IMG/VR virus record: IMGVR_UViG_3300011443_000014
Location: 2,563 to 66,562 of that record
Direction: 5' to 3' (one strand)
DNA: 64,000 nt
Origin: a virus
Of the stretch, positions 9,960-19,717 are shown piece by piece (the first letter of the stretch is position 1; the number at the start of each line of letters is the position of its first letter). The notes below the pieces were generated by a model. The model was not told the DNA's origin. It ran no database searches and worked only from the letters and a program-made list of their open reading frames with translations. A program made the translations under genes and the position numbers.

Positions 9960-11014
9960 GAATTCACCCAGTCTTCACCGGGCGGCGGGTCGGCCGCAAA
10001 CGGCACGCCGCCGAAGGTCACGACGCGGGGTGTCCAGTTCCGGCCAAACTGTTCGACGCCGACGCCGGCGCCTGGCGCCACGGAATTCCCCGTGTGATCG
10101 CAACACTGGTTCGGCACGGAGTCGTCGAGCGGAAGATCCGGCGTCGTCGCCACGGGGCCGGCGGGCACGGCTTCGTCGTCGTCATACAGGCGGGCGTAGT
10201 AGCACTTCCCCGGCATCCCGTCGAAGCCGAGGGCGTAGGTCATCCCGTAGGTGATGGCCCCTGACTTCGCCGCAAAAAACGGGGTCGCGATCTTCTCAGT
10301 CTGGCCGGTCTCGAGCACGACGCCGTCGGTCGTGCCTGGCAGATCGGTCCACGTCACGCCATCCGGCGACGTGCGCATCCGGACCGACACGTAGCCGTTG
10401 TTGTTCGGGCTGCCGAAGGTGCCGGTATCACAGCGCCAGCGGGTATCGAATTCGACCCACTTGTCGATGATGTCGGCCCACGGGAACCCGGCGCTCGTGT
10501 CGTAGTCGCTGCCTGGGCGCACGCCGCAGAACGTGTCGAGTTTGAAGTCGGTCCCGTCTTCGTCCCAGAATCCGACGAGGATCCCGCGGTTGCCGCTGCC
10601 GAGGCCTTCGCGTGACGCCGACGTGTAGATGGTGACGACGGGGTAATAGAACGCGTCGGCCTTGACGTCCGCGTCGATATAGTGTCGTGAGACGGTGCGT
10701 CCCAGCGACATATTCCAGCCGTTGCCCGCATGTTCAGGGGTGCCGTCGCCATCGAGCGGGACCGTGCCGAAGTCGCTGAAGACCGCGCCGGTACTCACCC
10801 ACTCCGGGGAATAACCCGAACTGACATCGATCCCTTTTTCGCTGGCGGGTCCGACACCGGACGGCTTGAACCACGTCCCTTCGTACTGCCAGATGTCCGG
10901 GCGATCCGCGTCGGCCGCATCCGATCCGACGATGGGCTGGTGCTTGAAATCGTCGGTGTTGTCCATCCATGTCGCTGGTACCGGACCAGCGAACAGGTCA
11001 ACGACCAGCGCCAT
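9956..11014 (-). CDS. Minor tail protein, possible ConA/lectin-like fold
   Basis: 352 aa in tail-tip module; aromatic/Gly/Asp-rich; KWVEFDTRWR..NNNGYVSV pattern. Confidence 0.55.
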   Translation of the reverse strand: MALVVDLFAGPVPATWMDNTDDFKHQPIVGSDAADADRPDIWQYEGTWFKPSGVGPASEKGIDVSSGYSPEWVSTGAVFSDFGTVPLDGDGTPEHAGNGWNMSLGRTVSRHYIDADVKADAFYYPVVTIYTSASREGLGSGNRGILVGFWDEDGTDFKLDTFCGVRPGSDYDTSAGFPWADIIDKWVEFDTRWRCDTGTFGSPNNNGYVSVRMRTSPDGVTWTDLPGTTDGVVLETGQTEKIATPFFAAKSGAITYGMTYALGFDGMPGKCYYARLYDDDEAVPAGPVATTPDLPLDDSVPNQCCDHTGNSVAPGAGVGVEQFGRNWTPRVVTFGGVPFAADPPPGEDWVNS

Positions 11015-11192
11015 GCGGGCCCTTCACTTTCACGCGATCGTCCCAGCGCTTCAGGCGGGCGGCCTTTCGCTTACTCAGGTGCGCCGTCAGGGCGGCGACC
11101 TTGTCGGGCCGGCCTTCCGCGAGGTACCGATCAATCCGTCGACGGATCCCTTCTTCCGCCACAGAGTCTGCTTCAGGACGCTGCTCTGCCAT
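10998..11192 (-). CDS. Small basic hypothetical protein
   Basis: MAEQRPEADSVAEEGIRRRIDRYLAEGRPDKVAALTAHLSKRK..; fills the gap between 11195 and 11014. Confidence 0.4.
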   Translation of the reverse strand: MAEQRPEADSVAEEGIRRRIDRYLAEGRPDKVAALTAHLSKRKAARLKRWDDRVKVKGPHGAGR

Positions 11193-11194
11193 CG

Positions 11195-11944
11195 TTACCA
11201 CCGATGCCGCGGCACTTCGTCGAAGGCCAGGACGACTTCGTACCAGATGTCGCCACCCGAGGTCGGCACGCGGCGCCATTCGAATCCGACCACCTTCACG
11301 ACCCACGCATCCGTCGGGTCGTCGTCGTCCGGGATGATGACCAGCGGCCGTGAGCCGTCGCGGGTGCTGAGCACCATGGCTTCGATGGCGTCGAAGTCGG
11401 ACGGGGCGTAGAGGTTGGACCCACGGAGGCGTCGACCCTCGAGGCCGCGGTCGTACGGGTTTTGCGACGAGAATTCGGCCTGGGGGTCGATGGCGTACCG
11501 CTGATGGCCCCACACGTTCTGCCCGCGGTGTAGGTTCCTGGCCAGCCGACGGAGTTTCCCGACGAACAGTTCCCCGACCACCGGGTCGACCGGGTTCCCG
11601 GTCACGACGAAGGTCAGGGAGTCGACGCTCGTCTCCGTGAATTCGTCCCACGGGTTGAGGGTGATCCCGTTCGCCCGGGTCGTCGGGGTCAGGGCCGCCG
11701 AGACATCCCCGCCGACCGTACCCGCCACAGTCAGGTTGGAATGGGCCAGGACGACCCCAGAGCACATCTTCGCCGCGCCCGTGATGGTCAGGGACAGGCC
11801 GCCGCCGACGCCGCGTACAGGGCGCCCAGCGCGGCCGTCGACCAGCCAGCCTTGTTCGTAGTCCGTCGCAACCGCCGTCCCGCCGACCGTCGCGTCGAGC
11901 GTGAACAGTTCATCCGGTTGCATGTACGCGAAACCAGCCGCCAC
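11195..11944 (-). CDS. Distal tail (Dit)-like protein
   Basis: 249 aa immediately after the tape measure; size and position typical. Confidence 0.6.
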   Translation of the reverse strand: MAAGFAYMQPDELFTLDATVGGTAVATDYEQGWLVDGRAGRPVRGVGGGLSLTITGAAKMCSGVVLAHSNLTVAGTVGGDVSAALTPTTRANGITLNPWDEFTETSVDSLTFVVTGNPVDPVVGELFVGKLRRLARNLHRGQNVWGHQRYAIDPQAEFSSQNPYDRGLEGRRLRGSNLYAPSDFDAIEAMVLSTRDGSRPLVIIPDDDDPTDAWVVKVVGFEWRRVPTSGGDIWYEVVLAFDEVPRHRW

Positions 11945-11952
11945 CTTGCCTC

Positions 11953-14900
11953 CTACTTCGACCGGCGCGCCATCCGGTCAAACCGGGCGCGAGGTTCCCC
12001 GCCGACGTCTTCGATGGCCCGCATCACCGCCGCCGGCACCTGGCGCTCGAGCCATTCTTCGGTGGCGCCGACCGGCGCATTGAGCTCGAGCGTCACGTAG
12101 AGGTCGCCGCCGCCCGTGCCGATGGCCGCGCGCTCGAGCCACGACTCGAGACGGTCCAGCGGCACGATGGCTTCCGGGCCCGCCTCGCCGGCGATGACCG
12201 GGGTCGCCTGGCGCACGATGCCGCCGTCGGCCATCTCGGGAAGTTCGATATTCCCGCCGTCAGGCAGGCCGTCCGGGTACCGATACCGGATCGGGACGTT
12301 GATCTCCGGGATCTCGATGCGGCTAAATGACTCCTCGACCGCCGCCGCGCCGTCGGCCGCCGCATCCGGGATGCTGCCCCCAAGGTGCTTGATCAGGATG
12401 TCGAGACGCCCGATCAGCGTGTTGATCCCGTCGACCATGCGCTCCGCGGCCGGCTTGAACTTCTCGCCCACCAGCCCCGCCTGTTCGGCTTGCTCGAGCA
12501 GGAGCTTCGTTCCTTCGTCGAGCTCGAGGTTCCACATTTGCGAGGCTTCCCACGCCTTCTGCAGTTGCGGCTGCATCAACCGGAGGGCGTCTTCGGCGCT
12601 GGCACCACCGGCCGTCAACGTGCCGAACGACTTCACGAGGATCCCCGTCAGGGCGTCGAACGACTGCTGCGTGATCAGGCCGGAATTCGACAGGCCGACC
12701 AGCATGTCGTCAACCCCGCTCAGGACCTCGAACAGTTCCTTGTTCTTCGTGACGAGGCCTTCCCAGCCGAGGATCTGACCCAGGAACCCTTCGGCGTTCA
12801 CGCCAGCCGCCGCGAGGACGTCGCGGATAGTCGCCAGACCGGGGCCCATGACGTTCAGGGCCTCAACGACCGACAGGCCTTTCGCCAGCAGGGCGCCGAA
12901 CGCGGCTTCCGCCAGCACCGCGATCGTCGGGAGGTTTTCCTTCAGGTCAGCGATGAAGTCGGCCGACAGTCCATCCTTCCCCTTCTCGCTGATGGCTTCG
13001 AGGATGGCCTCGAGGTCCTTCGATCCAGTTTGGAATCCCGTGATCAGCGCCACGAAGTTCGTCGCGATTTTGTTGAAGCCTTCCGCCGCGAGTTGTGTGC
13101 TGTGTTCGAAGACCTCCTTCAGCGCGGCCTTCGCGGCTTCCTTATCCTTGTCCTTCAGCATCGCCGCCCAGAGGTCACGCCCGATGATCCGGCCTTCGGC
13201 GGCGGCCTGGCGGAAGTCAGTCGCCAGTTTCTGGACGCGCTCGTTCACCGCGGCGAACGCCTTCTCGATCTCGAGGACCGCGGCCTCGTACTCCTTCGCG
13301 TTGCGCGCCTTCAGCAACTTGTCGAGGGTCAGGCCGGCGTCGTGCGCCATCTCGTTCAGTTTGGCCAGTCCGCCGTGGGCCTGGACGAAGGCCTCCCGGA
13401 CTTTGTTCACTTCCTTCTGTTCAGACTTCAGGAGTTTGTCGAGACCCTTCCCGATGACCGCGCCGAGGCCGGCGCCGATCAGCGAGCCGATGACGGGGAT
13501 CGCCGCGCCGACGGCCTTCCCGATACCGGCGCCGATCTTCCCGCCGAGGGCGGTGCCGAGTTTCTTCCCGATGTCCTTCCCGAACGCCTGACCGATCTGG
13601 CCGCCGATGCTGGCGCCGATGGCCTTGCCGACAGAGCCGCCACCCTGAATCGCCGACAGGATGACCTGCGCCAGATGCGCGCCGAACTGGTCGGCCCCGC
13701 CGAACATACGCTCGAGGACCGTCGGGTTCGCGGCCTCGAACCCTTCGATGGTGGCGACCGTGATCGCCGTCTGCAGTTGGCCGCCGACCGACGAGGTCAA
13801 CGTGTCGCCGATGCGGTCGGTCGTCTCCGTCGAGATCGACACGTCGTCGAGGACGCCCGAGAAATCCGCGAACGGGTTGCCCGCCACACCGGCGGCGACC
13901 GGGCCGACTTTCTGGATGTTGTCGAGGACCTGGGCCAACCCTTGAATCTGAAGCCGGGCAGCCAATGCTTGCTCGGCCCACGCGAAGAAAATCGGCGGGA
14001 CCTGATCGCCCTTCGACACGATGATCGCGATCGACTTGTCGATCAGGTCGGCGAATTCCCCCGCGATGTCCGGGTTCAGTTGGGACACGGCGAGGCCGGT
14101 CTCGCGGATCGCGCCGGCCATCTCGAGCACCTTGTCGATGGTGTCCTGACCGGTTATCCGGTCCTGTAGCGCCTGGAACTTCTTCGCGGCTTCGTCGGCC
14201 GCGGTGCCGCCGTCCTTCAGGGAGGCCTCGTAGAGTTTCACGACCTCGACCGCGACCTTCGCCTTCGTCGCGACTTCCTCGATGGACTTGCCCATCTTCA
14301 GGCCGGCGCGGATGTTCGCCTTCGTGGGTTCGTCGAGGCCATTCAGGATGCGCTGGAACTTCGCCAGTTCGTCGGACAGGGACGCGACCTTCGGCAGGGT
14401 CGACGACGCCACTGCCTTCAGACCGCCAAAGCCCTCGACCACCGTCTTCACGCCGACGCCGGCCTTCCCCGCCGCCTCCGCGCCCTTGTTGAACGCGTCC
14501 GACACAGCCGTCGTGATCTTCGCCCCCTTCAGGCCTTCGAGAGACGCGCCACGAAGGCCGAGGCTGTACGCCATCAGCGCCGTCTCGGCTTCCTGGACGG
14601 AGCCGACCTGGTAGCCGAGGATCTTCGTGATCTGCTTGACGTTCTTTTCGGCCGCCGACGCGGCTTGTGCGGTGGCCTGGGTCGCTTGATCCATCGCGTT
14701 CAGGGCATCGACCGCCGACCAGATGATCGCAATGATGCCGGCCGCCGCCAACCCATAGAGGGCTGCCGTCAGACCCGCGACGAACACCGTCGACCCGGCC
14801 GCCGCGGTGCCGACGTTCGTCAGTCCCACCTTCAGCGCCGTCAGGCCACCGGCCACGGACTCGAGCTTGATGAACCAGCCGAACGCCTCGACGAGTTTCC

Positions 14901-16206
14901 CGACCAGTCCGGTCAGGTTGCCGACGGTGTACGCCAGCGGACCGGCCGCCGCGAGGATGGCCAGGAACGCGAGGGCCGTCGTCTGGACCGGTTGCGGCAG
15001 TTGAGCGAACAGGTCCGCCGCCTTGCCGAGGCTTTCGACCAGCGGCTTGACCGCGTTGAGGGCGGACGTCAGGGCCGGGGCCAAACGCTCGCCCAGTGCG
15101 ATCGACGTCGCTTCCAGTTGGGCCTTGAATTCCCCGAACGTCGCCGCGACGGTCTTTTTGTTGCGCTCGAACGCCGCGTCCAGTTGACCGCTCCCGGTCT
15201 TCAGGGTGTTCAGGGATGACGTCAGGGCATTCGACTGCGATCCGGCCGCGCCCATGACGCCGGCCAGCGCTCGGACGTTGCCGAATACCGCCGCGAGGGC
15301 TTCCTCGTTCCCCTTCGCGGCATCCGTGAGGTCGATCAGGGCGGCGCTCAGGCCTTTCTCAGCGACCGCCTGGCGCAGTTCACCGACCGACGTGCCGAGA
15401 GTCTGGAGGGCGACTTCGGCTTCTTTGGTGGGCTGCAGGAGGGTCGTCAGGACCGCCCGGATGCCGGTCGTCGCTTCCGCCGCGTCGACGCCGAGGCGGG
15501 TATAGGTGGCGATGAACGCGCCGACTTCCTCGAACGACACGCCGACCTGGCTGGCGATGCCGACCACGCGCCCGAGGACGCCGGCCAGTTCGTTCGCTTC
15601 CGCACCGCCGAGGCGGACGGTTTCGAACAGGATGTCCGCCGCGCGCGCCGCCGACAGGTTCTCTGCCCCGTACGCCGTGACCGCAGACGTGATCGCCCGG
15701 GCGACGTCGTTCACTTCACCGAGGCCGACCGCCGATCCCTTCGCCGCCGCCGTCAGGACGTCGATAGCCGCCGCCCCCTTGATGCCCGTCGACGTGACGA
15801 CGAGCAGACCCTTCGCCAGTTCGTTCGGACCTTTGCCGACCGCGGGTCCGAGGGCCAGGACCTCCTTCCGCATCGCTTGCATGGAGTCTTCGCTGATGCC
15901 CGACAGGGTGACGACCTGGGTCATCGAGCGTTCGAAGTCGGTGGCGAATTTGGAGGCCGCAAGGCCAGCGCCGATCAGGGGCGCCGAGATCGACAGGGAC
16001 AGGGCCATCCCCACCGATTCGAGGCGGCTACTGGTCTTTTCCAGTGCCGCCCCGATTTTGTCGTACCCGCTGGCGAACTTCTTCGACGAGTCGGTCGTCG
16101 AGCCAAGTCGCTTTTCGAACTTCGCCAGCGCATCGTCGACGCGCTCGACGACTTTCGTCGCCAAGTCGCGCATCATGATCGCGCCTTCGACCGTGCCGGC
16201 ATCCAT
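11953..16206 (-). CDS. Tail tape measure protein (TP901-type)
   Basis: 1417 aa, Ala-rich helical; DFERSMTQV, TRLGVDAAEATTGIR, MADGGIV..AGEAGPEAIVPL motifs; follows the chaperone genes. Confidence 0.95.
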   Translation of the reverse strand: MDAGTVEGAIMMRDLATKVVERVDDALAKFEKRLGSTTDSSKKFASGYDKIGAALEKTSSRLESVGMALSLSISAPLIGAGLAASKFATDFERSMTQVVTLSGISEDSMQAMRKEVLALGPAVGKGPNELAKGLLVVTSTGIKGAAAIDVLTAAAKGSAVGLGEVNDVARAITSAVTAYGAENLSAARAADILFETVRLGGAEANELAGVLGRVVGIASQVGVSFEEVGAFIATYTRLGVDAAEATTGIRAVLTTLLQPTKEAEVALQTLGTSVGELRQAVAEKGLSAALIDLTDAAKGNEEALAAVFGNVRALAGVMGAAGSQSNALTSSLNTLKTGSGQLDAAFERNKKTVAATFGEFKAQLEATSIALGERLAPALTSALNAVKPLVESLGKAADLFAQLPQPVQTTALAFLAILAAAGPLAYTVGNLTGLVGKLVEAFGWFIKLESVAGGLTALKVGLTNVGTAAAGSTVFVAGLTAALYGLAAAGIIAIIWSAVDALNAMDQATQATAQAASAAEKNVKQITKILGYQVGSVQEAETALMAYSLGLRGASLEGLKGAKITTAVSDAFNKGAEAAGKAGVGVKTVVEGFGGLKAVASSTLPKVASLSDELAKFQRILNGLDEPTKANIRAGLKMGKSIEEVATKAKVAVEVVKLYEASLKDGGTAADEAAKKFQALQDRITGQDTIDKVLEMAGAIRETGLAVSQLNPDIAGEFADLIDKSIAIIVSKGDQVPPIFFAWAEQALAARLQIQGLAQVLDNIQKVGPVAAGVAGNPFADFSGVLDDVSISTETTDRIGDTLTSSVGGQLQTAITVATIEGFEAANPTVLERMFGGADQFGAHLAQVILSAIQGGGSVGKAIGASIGGQIGQAFGKDIGKKLGTALGGKIGAGIGKAVGAAIPVIGSLIGAGLGAVIGKGLDKLLKSEQKEVNKVREAFVQAHGGLAKLNEMAHDAGLTLDKLLKARNAKEYEAAVLEIEKAFAAVNERVQKLATDFRQAAAEGRIIGRDLWAAMLKDKDKEAAKAALKEVFEHSTQLAAEGFNKIATNFVALITGFQTGSKDLEAILEAISEKGKDGLSADFIADLKENLPTIAVLAEAAFGALLAKGLSVVEALNVMGPGLATIRDVLAAAGVNAEGFLGQILGWEGLVTKNKELFEVLSGVDDMLVGLSNSGLITQQSFDALTGILVKSFGTLTAGGASAEDALRLMQPQLQKAWEASQMWNLELDEGTKLLLEQAEQAGLVGEKFKPAAERMVDGINTLIGRLDILIKHLGGSIPDAAADGAAAVEESFSRIEIPEINVPIRYRYPDGLPDGGNIELPEMADGGIVRQATPVIAGEAGPEAIVPLDRLESWLERAAIGTGGGDLYVTLELNAPVGATEEWLERQVPAAVMRAIEDVGGEPRARFDRMARRSK

Positions 16207-16218
16207 CCTTGGGCTACC

Positions 16219-16431
16219 TCACCGACGGCGACCTCGCATGTTCGCGCGATTCGCCGCCCGTTTTGCTTCGTCCTGCCGTTCCCGTTCTTCCTTCTCGAGG
16301 TCGCGCATCCAGCGCTGCACCTCCTCGATCACGGGCGTCGGCGTGGCGAGGTAGTCGGGATAGCTCCACCGCATGAAGCGGCAGACGGCTAGCTCGTTCC
16401 GCCTTCGGCCTTGGGCGCCTCGCCGTTTTTT
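16219..16431 (-). CDS. Tail assembly chaperone, gpT-like -1 frameshift extension
   Basis: Frame reading ..RNELAVCRFMRWSYPDYLATPTPVIEEV.. is entered by a -1 slip at A AAA AAC. Confidence 0.75.
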   Translation of the reverse strand, partial: KKRRGAQGRRRNELAVCRFMRWSYPDYLATPTPVIEEVQRWMRDLEKEERERQDEAKRAANRANMRGRRR

Positions 16432-16781
16432 TCCGCGTCCATCGCTTTCACATGCAGGTCCAGCGCCTCGTCGATCTCCTTGGCGATCTCCTGCGTCAAC
16501 GACGCGATGGATTCGGGCGTGACCTTCAACGGCGCGTCGTCGAGGCCAATGAACGACCACTTCACCACGTAGGCTTCGATCCGCGCGAGCTCGAGCCGTT
16601 CGTAGTTCAGTTCAATCGTGCGGTTGCGTTGCGCCCCCTCGAACCCGCGCACGCCCTCGAGGCCGGCGCCACTCAGACGCGCCTTCTCGCCGGCGGTCAG
16701 ATGTTTCTTCACTTCGATCCAGTCGCCTTCTTTCAGGGCGAGCCTGGTCGTGTCCGGTCGAACGACTCCCAGTCGTGCCAT
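16389..16781 (-). CDS. Tail assembly chaperone (gpG-like)
   Basis: 130 aa between tail tube and tape measure; YVVKWSFIGLDDAPLKVTPESI motif; slippery site near the 3' end. Confidence 0.85.
   Translation of the reverse strand: MARLGVVRPDTTRLALKEGDWIEVKKHLTAGEKARLSGAGLEGVRGFEGAQRNRTIELNYERLELARIEAYVVKWSFIGLDDAPLKVTPESIASLTQEIAKEIDEALDLHVKAMDAEKNGEAPKAEGGTS
16425..16431 (-). other. Programmed -1 ribosomal frameshift slippery heptamer A-AAA-AAC
   Basis: In-frame GAA AAA AAC fits X XXY YYZ; the -1 frame stays open to 16219. Confidence 0.8.
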
Positions 16782-16803
16782 TACCTGCTCCTTCGTTGTG
16801 CGC

Positions 16804-17100
16804 TTACCGTCTCACGATCTTCGGATCGCCAGAGACGTGGAGGGTCACGCGGCCCTCCTCCTCGTCAGGGGCTGGAACCGTCCCTTCGACGGCCCACTCC
16901 CACGCCAAGTCGTCCTTCCCTCGCGGTATCGAGAGTACGAGCGACTTGTTGGCGTACCAGACGGGATGCGCACGCACGCCGGCGGCGTCCACGCGGAAAA
17001 AGTCAGGGGCGACGGTGGTGATGCGCCACACCGGGAGCTTCGCCGCTTCGTGATAGCCGGCGAACAACGTGGCGTTGATCCCCTCGAGCTCGAGGTCCAT
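16804..17100 (-). CDS. Hypothetical tail-region protein
   Basis: 98 aa ORF between tail tube and chaperone genes. Confidence 0.7.
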   Translation of the reverse strand: MDLELEGINATLFAGYHEAAKLPVWRITTVAPDFFRVDAAGVRAHPVWYANKSLVLSIPRGKDDLAWEWAVEGTVPAPDEEEGRVTLHVSGDPKIVRR

Positions 17101-17127
17101 CGGTCCCTGACTTCTCCCGTCTGGCTA

Positions 17128-17535
17128 TTAGTCGAACCCGACGATCTTCCACGGGCCGCCCGCCACGTAGCTCGCGGCGATCTCGTTGGCGGACGTGACC
17201 GTGTTGGACATCGAGATCGAGAGCCACGCCGTCCCGTACGCGTACTTCGACGGCATGTTGCGCGACCAGTAGAGGTACACCTTCACCGGCGCGGTCGAGC
17301 GCTGGGCCTTGAACCACTTGTCTTCGTCTTCCTTGACAAAGCCATTGATGGTGCCCGTCAGGTCGGGCAGACCCTGCACGTACTGCTTGTTCGAGTCACC
17401 GAACGACGTCACTTCGACGGTGTCGGTGGCCATGTCCAGCGTCCACTCGCTCGCGCCCAGCAGCTCCGACGCTTCGGCGCTGCCATCTTCGGCGAGGTAG
17501 ACGATGGCGTCTTTCGCATGGTAAGGAACAGACAC
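17128..17535 (-). CDS. Major tail (tube) protein
   Basis: 135 aa; EWTLDMATDTVEVTSFGDSNKQYVQGLPDLTGTINGF tube-family motif; GGAGG RBS. Confidence 0.9.
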   Translation of the reverse strand: MSVPYHAKDAIVYLAEDGSAEASELLGASEWTLDMATDTVEVTSFGDSNKQYVQGLPDLTGTINGFVKEDEDKWFKAQRSTAPVKVYLYWSRNMPSKYAYGTAWLSISMSNTVTSANEIAASYVAGGPWKIVGFD

Positions 17536-17671
17536 TGCATCCTCCGTCCGTTGAAAACGTCACCCTCGAAGACATCGCGCGGGTCGCGCGCTTCGGTGGC
17601 AACAGGTTCAGCGGCCCCCCTCGTCCCGGCCAGACCATCCCGGTCTTGGAAGTGTTGAGAGGCGCAGCGAG

Positions 17672-18814
17672 TTACTGGACGGTCGAGGCCATCCCAGCCT
17701 CCACACTCATGTCCCGCACTGGTGCATCCCGCACGCAGTCCGCCACGCGCTCGAGGTCCGCGACGACCTGGCGCGCACGGTCGGTCCATGAATGCCCGCT
17801 GACCGTCGCGGGCAGCTGCGCAGCGATCGACCGACGGCCCGAGTCGTCAGTGAGAAAGCGGCGCAGCAGCATCTGAAGATCCGACGCGTTCCTGAAGGTC
17901 GGGACCAGTCGACCGAAGGTTTCCTCAACCTCAGGGCGGTACTCCGACAACGTGAACACACCGGAGGCCGCGAGCTCGTAGCTGCGCGGACCCAAACTCT
18001 CGGCCCCTTCAATCCTGGGGGCCTTCACCGCGAACCCGCACGACGAGCGGAACAGGTTCAGCGCAATCTTCGCTCGACGGTGGAGCATCGTCGTCGTCGT
18101 GTTGTCGACCGCGCCCTGGCGGACGAACTGCCGTAGCGGTGACTTCCGCCGCAGACGCCAGAAGCCGTAGAGGCCGAAGTCGATCCCCGTCCAGTCGACG
18201 GCCTCGAGGATTTCGACGCGCTCCTGGAACCCGGTCCCGACGAACACGACGTCGTGTGCCGGCACGTCAGGGTCGAGCGGGCCGCCCGGTTTGTGGACGT
18301 CGGCGTTGAAGCCGTGTCGGAGGTAGCTGGTCTCACGGCAGTAGTTCTGGAACCACCGTACGCCCGTCCGTTCATTCGTCCATGCGACGTCGCAGAACTG
18401 AATGGCGAAGGCTTCCTTCTTCGCGTCGTACGGGGTCTCGGTCAGGAGCATCGACACTCGAACCGGCGACCCGTCGCGGCGGCGGCACTGCTTCAACATG
18501 GCAAGGGCGTCGGGATGGAAATACATCCCCGACACGATCACGATCCAGTCCGGGTCGTGACGCAAGGCCCAGGTGACGGCGAGCTCGCTAGCCCACAAGG
18601 CCGCATCAGCGGCTCTCGGACGTGTGCCGCGTTCTTCCGGGGTGCGCCCCCGCCGTCGCCAGTGAGCCTCGAGCGCGACTCGGAGCACGCCGAACCGGCG
18701 CCCAAAGTAGTACGGCAGCACCTCGTGACCGGCCGCCTTCAGGCCGCCGACGAGGCCGTCGAAGACGTCGCGCGTCGACCAGTCGGCCGCCGGATCAATG
18801 CACAGGATCCGCAT
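17672..18814 (-). CDS. Glycosyltransferase, CgeB/DUF3880-like (GT-B)
   Basis: Start reassigned to MRILCID; motifs DVVFVGTG..ERVEIL, KIALNLFR, RSYELAASGVFTLSEYR. Confidence 0.85.
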   Translation of the reverse strand: MRILCIDPAADWSTRDVFDGLVGGLKAAGHEVLPYYFGRRFGVLRVALEAHWRRRGRTPEERGTRPRAADAALWASELAVTWALRHDPDWIVIVSGMYFHPDALAMLKQCRRRDGSPVRVSMLLTETPYDAKKEAFAIQFCDVAWTNERTGVRWFQNYCRETSYLRHGFNADVHKPGGPLDPDVPAHDVVFVGTGFQERVEILEAVDWTGIDFGLYGFWRLRRKSPLRQFVRQGAVDNTTTTMLHRRAKIALNLFRSSCGFAVKAPRIEGAESLGPRSYELAASGVFTLSEYRPEVEETFGRLVPTFRNASDLQMLLRRFLTDDSGRRSIAAQLPATVSGHSWTDRARQVVADLERVADCVRDAPVRDMSVEAGMASTVQ

Positions 18815-19328
18815 CAGCATCCTTGACCGCCGCAAAGGCGTAGACGTCGCACGGGCCTGGCGCCTCGAGTACCTGGCAGACGTCGAGCTCGCGTCCCGCA
18901 TCACGCAGCCAGAGGCGCAGCGTGTTGGGGTCGATGTTCTCGTAGAATTCGTCGGGCCGCAGGCCGCCGCCATCGTGCGCCGAATGAGGCTTGCGATTCG
19001 GACCGGCCGCCGTGATCAGGAGAATCCCACCCGGCGCCAGCATCTGGACCGCGCGCTGCACCATCCCCGCCGCGTCGGTCGCGTGTTCCAGGACCTCGCA
19101 GCAGACAATCGCTTCGGGTTGGAACGGCGGGTCGTACGCCATGAAGTCGGCCACCACGTCGACGCCCGGGCCTTTGTGCAGGTCGAGCGAGATGTACTCA
19201 GCCTCGCGCCCGAACAGGTCGCGGATCGTGCCGTTGATGTTCCGGCCACCGATCTCGAGGACCGTCGCCGGCATGCGCTTCAATGCCGTCGTGATCGAGG
19301 CGACGAATTGTCGGGCGTCAGGGTGCAT
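18795..19328 (-). CDS. Class I SAM-dependent methyltransferase (non-DNA type)
   Basis: VLEIGGRNING, LDLHKGPGVDVVAD, IVCCEVLEH, LAPGGILLIT. Confidence 0.85.
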   Translation of the reverse strand: MHPDARQFVASITTALKRMPATVLEIGGRNINGTIRDLFGREAEYISLDLHKGPGVDVVADFMAYDPPFQPEAIVCCEVLEHATDAAGMVQRAVQMLAPGGILLITAAGPNRKPHSAHDGGGLRPDEFYENIDPNTLRLWLRDAGRELDVCQVLEAPGPCDVYAFAAVKDADADPVH

Positions 19329-19329
19329 A

Positions 19330-19716
19330 TCAGAATCCGCGGACCAGTTCGACGTTGAAACTGTAGACGATGCGCCCCTTCCCGTCTACCTCGAGCTCGT
19401 AGGGGGGTTGGATCGGTCGTGCGCGGAGGTAGGTCGTGCCGCTGATCAACGACACGGGCATCTCCGCGAAGTCGTTCCACAGGGCGTACGCCGCAACCTC
19501 CGCGAGGTCGACCGTCGCCCGTCGGATGAAGGCCTGGACGGTCGGCTGGGTCCATTCGATGGCGCCGAACGACTCGACGTTCGGGCCGCCACCGGTCGAC
19601 ACGAACGCGATCGCATCCGTCGGGGTATCCGGCAACCCGCCGCGGAAGATGTTCGTCCCGACGGTTCCGTGTCCAGCCGATGCGGCCCACGCGGCGATGT
19701 CGGTGAGCAGGGGCAT
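19330..19716 (-). CDS. Tail terminator/completion protein
   Basis: 128 aa; IFRGGLPDTP, PTVQAFIR, DGKGRIVYSFN motifs; neck position. Confidence 0.8.
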   Translation of the reverse strand: MPLLTDIAAWAASAGHGTVGTNIFRGGLPDTPTDAIAFVSTGGGPNVESFGAIEWTQPTVQAFIRRATVDLAEVAAYALWNDFAEMPVSLISGTTYLRARPIQPPYELEVDGKGRIVYSFNVELVRGF

Positions 19717-19717
19717 G

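Noticed and set aside
1-11014. Diversity-generating retroelement acting on fibre genes
   Set aside because: No reverse transcriptase and no TR/VR repeat pair seen in the window
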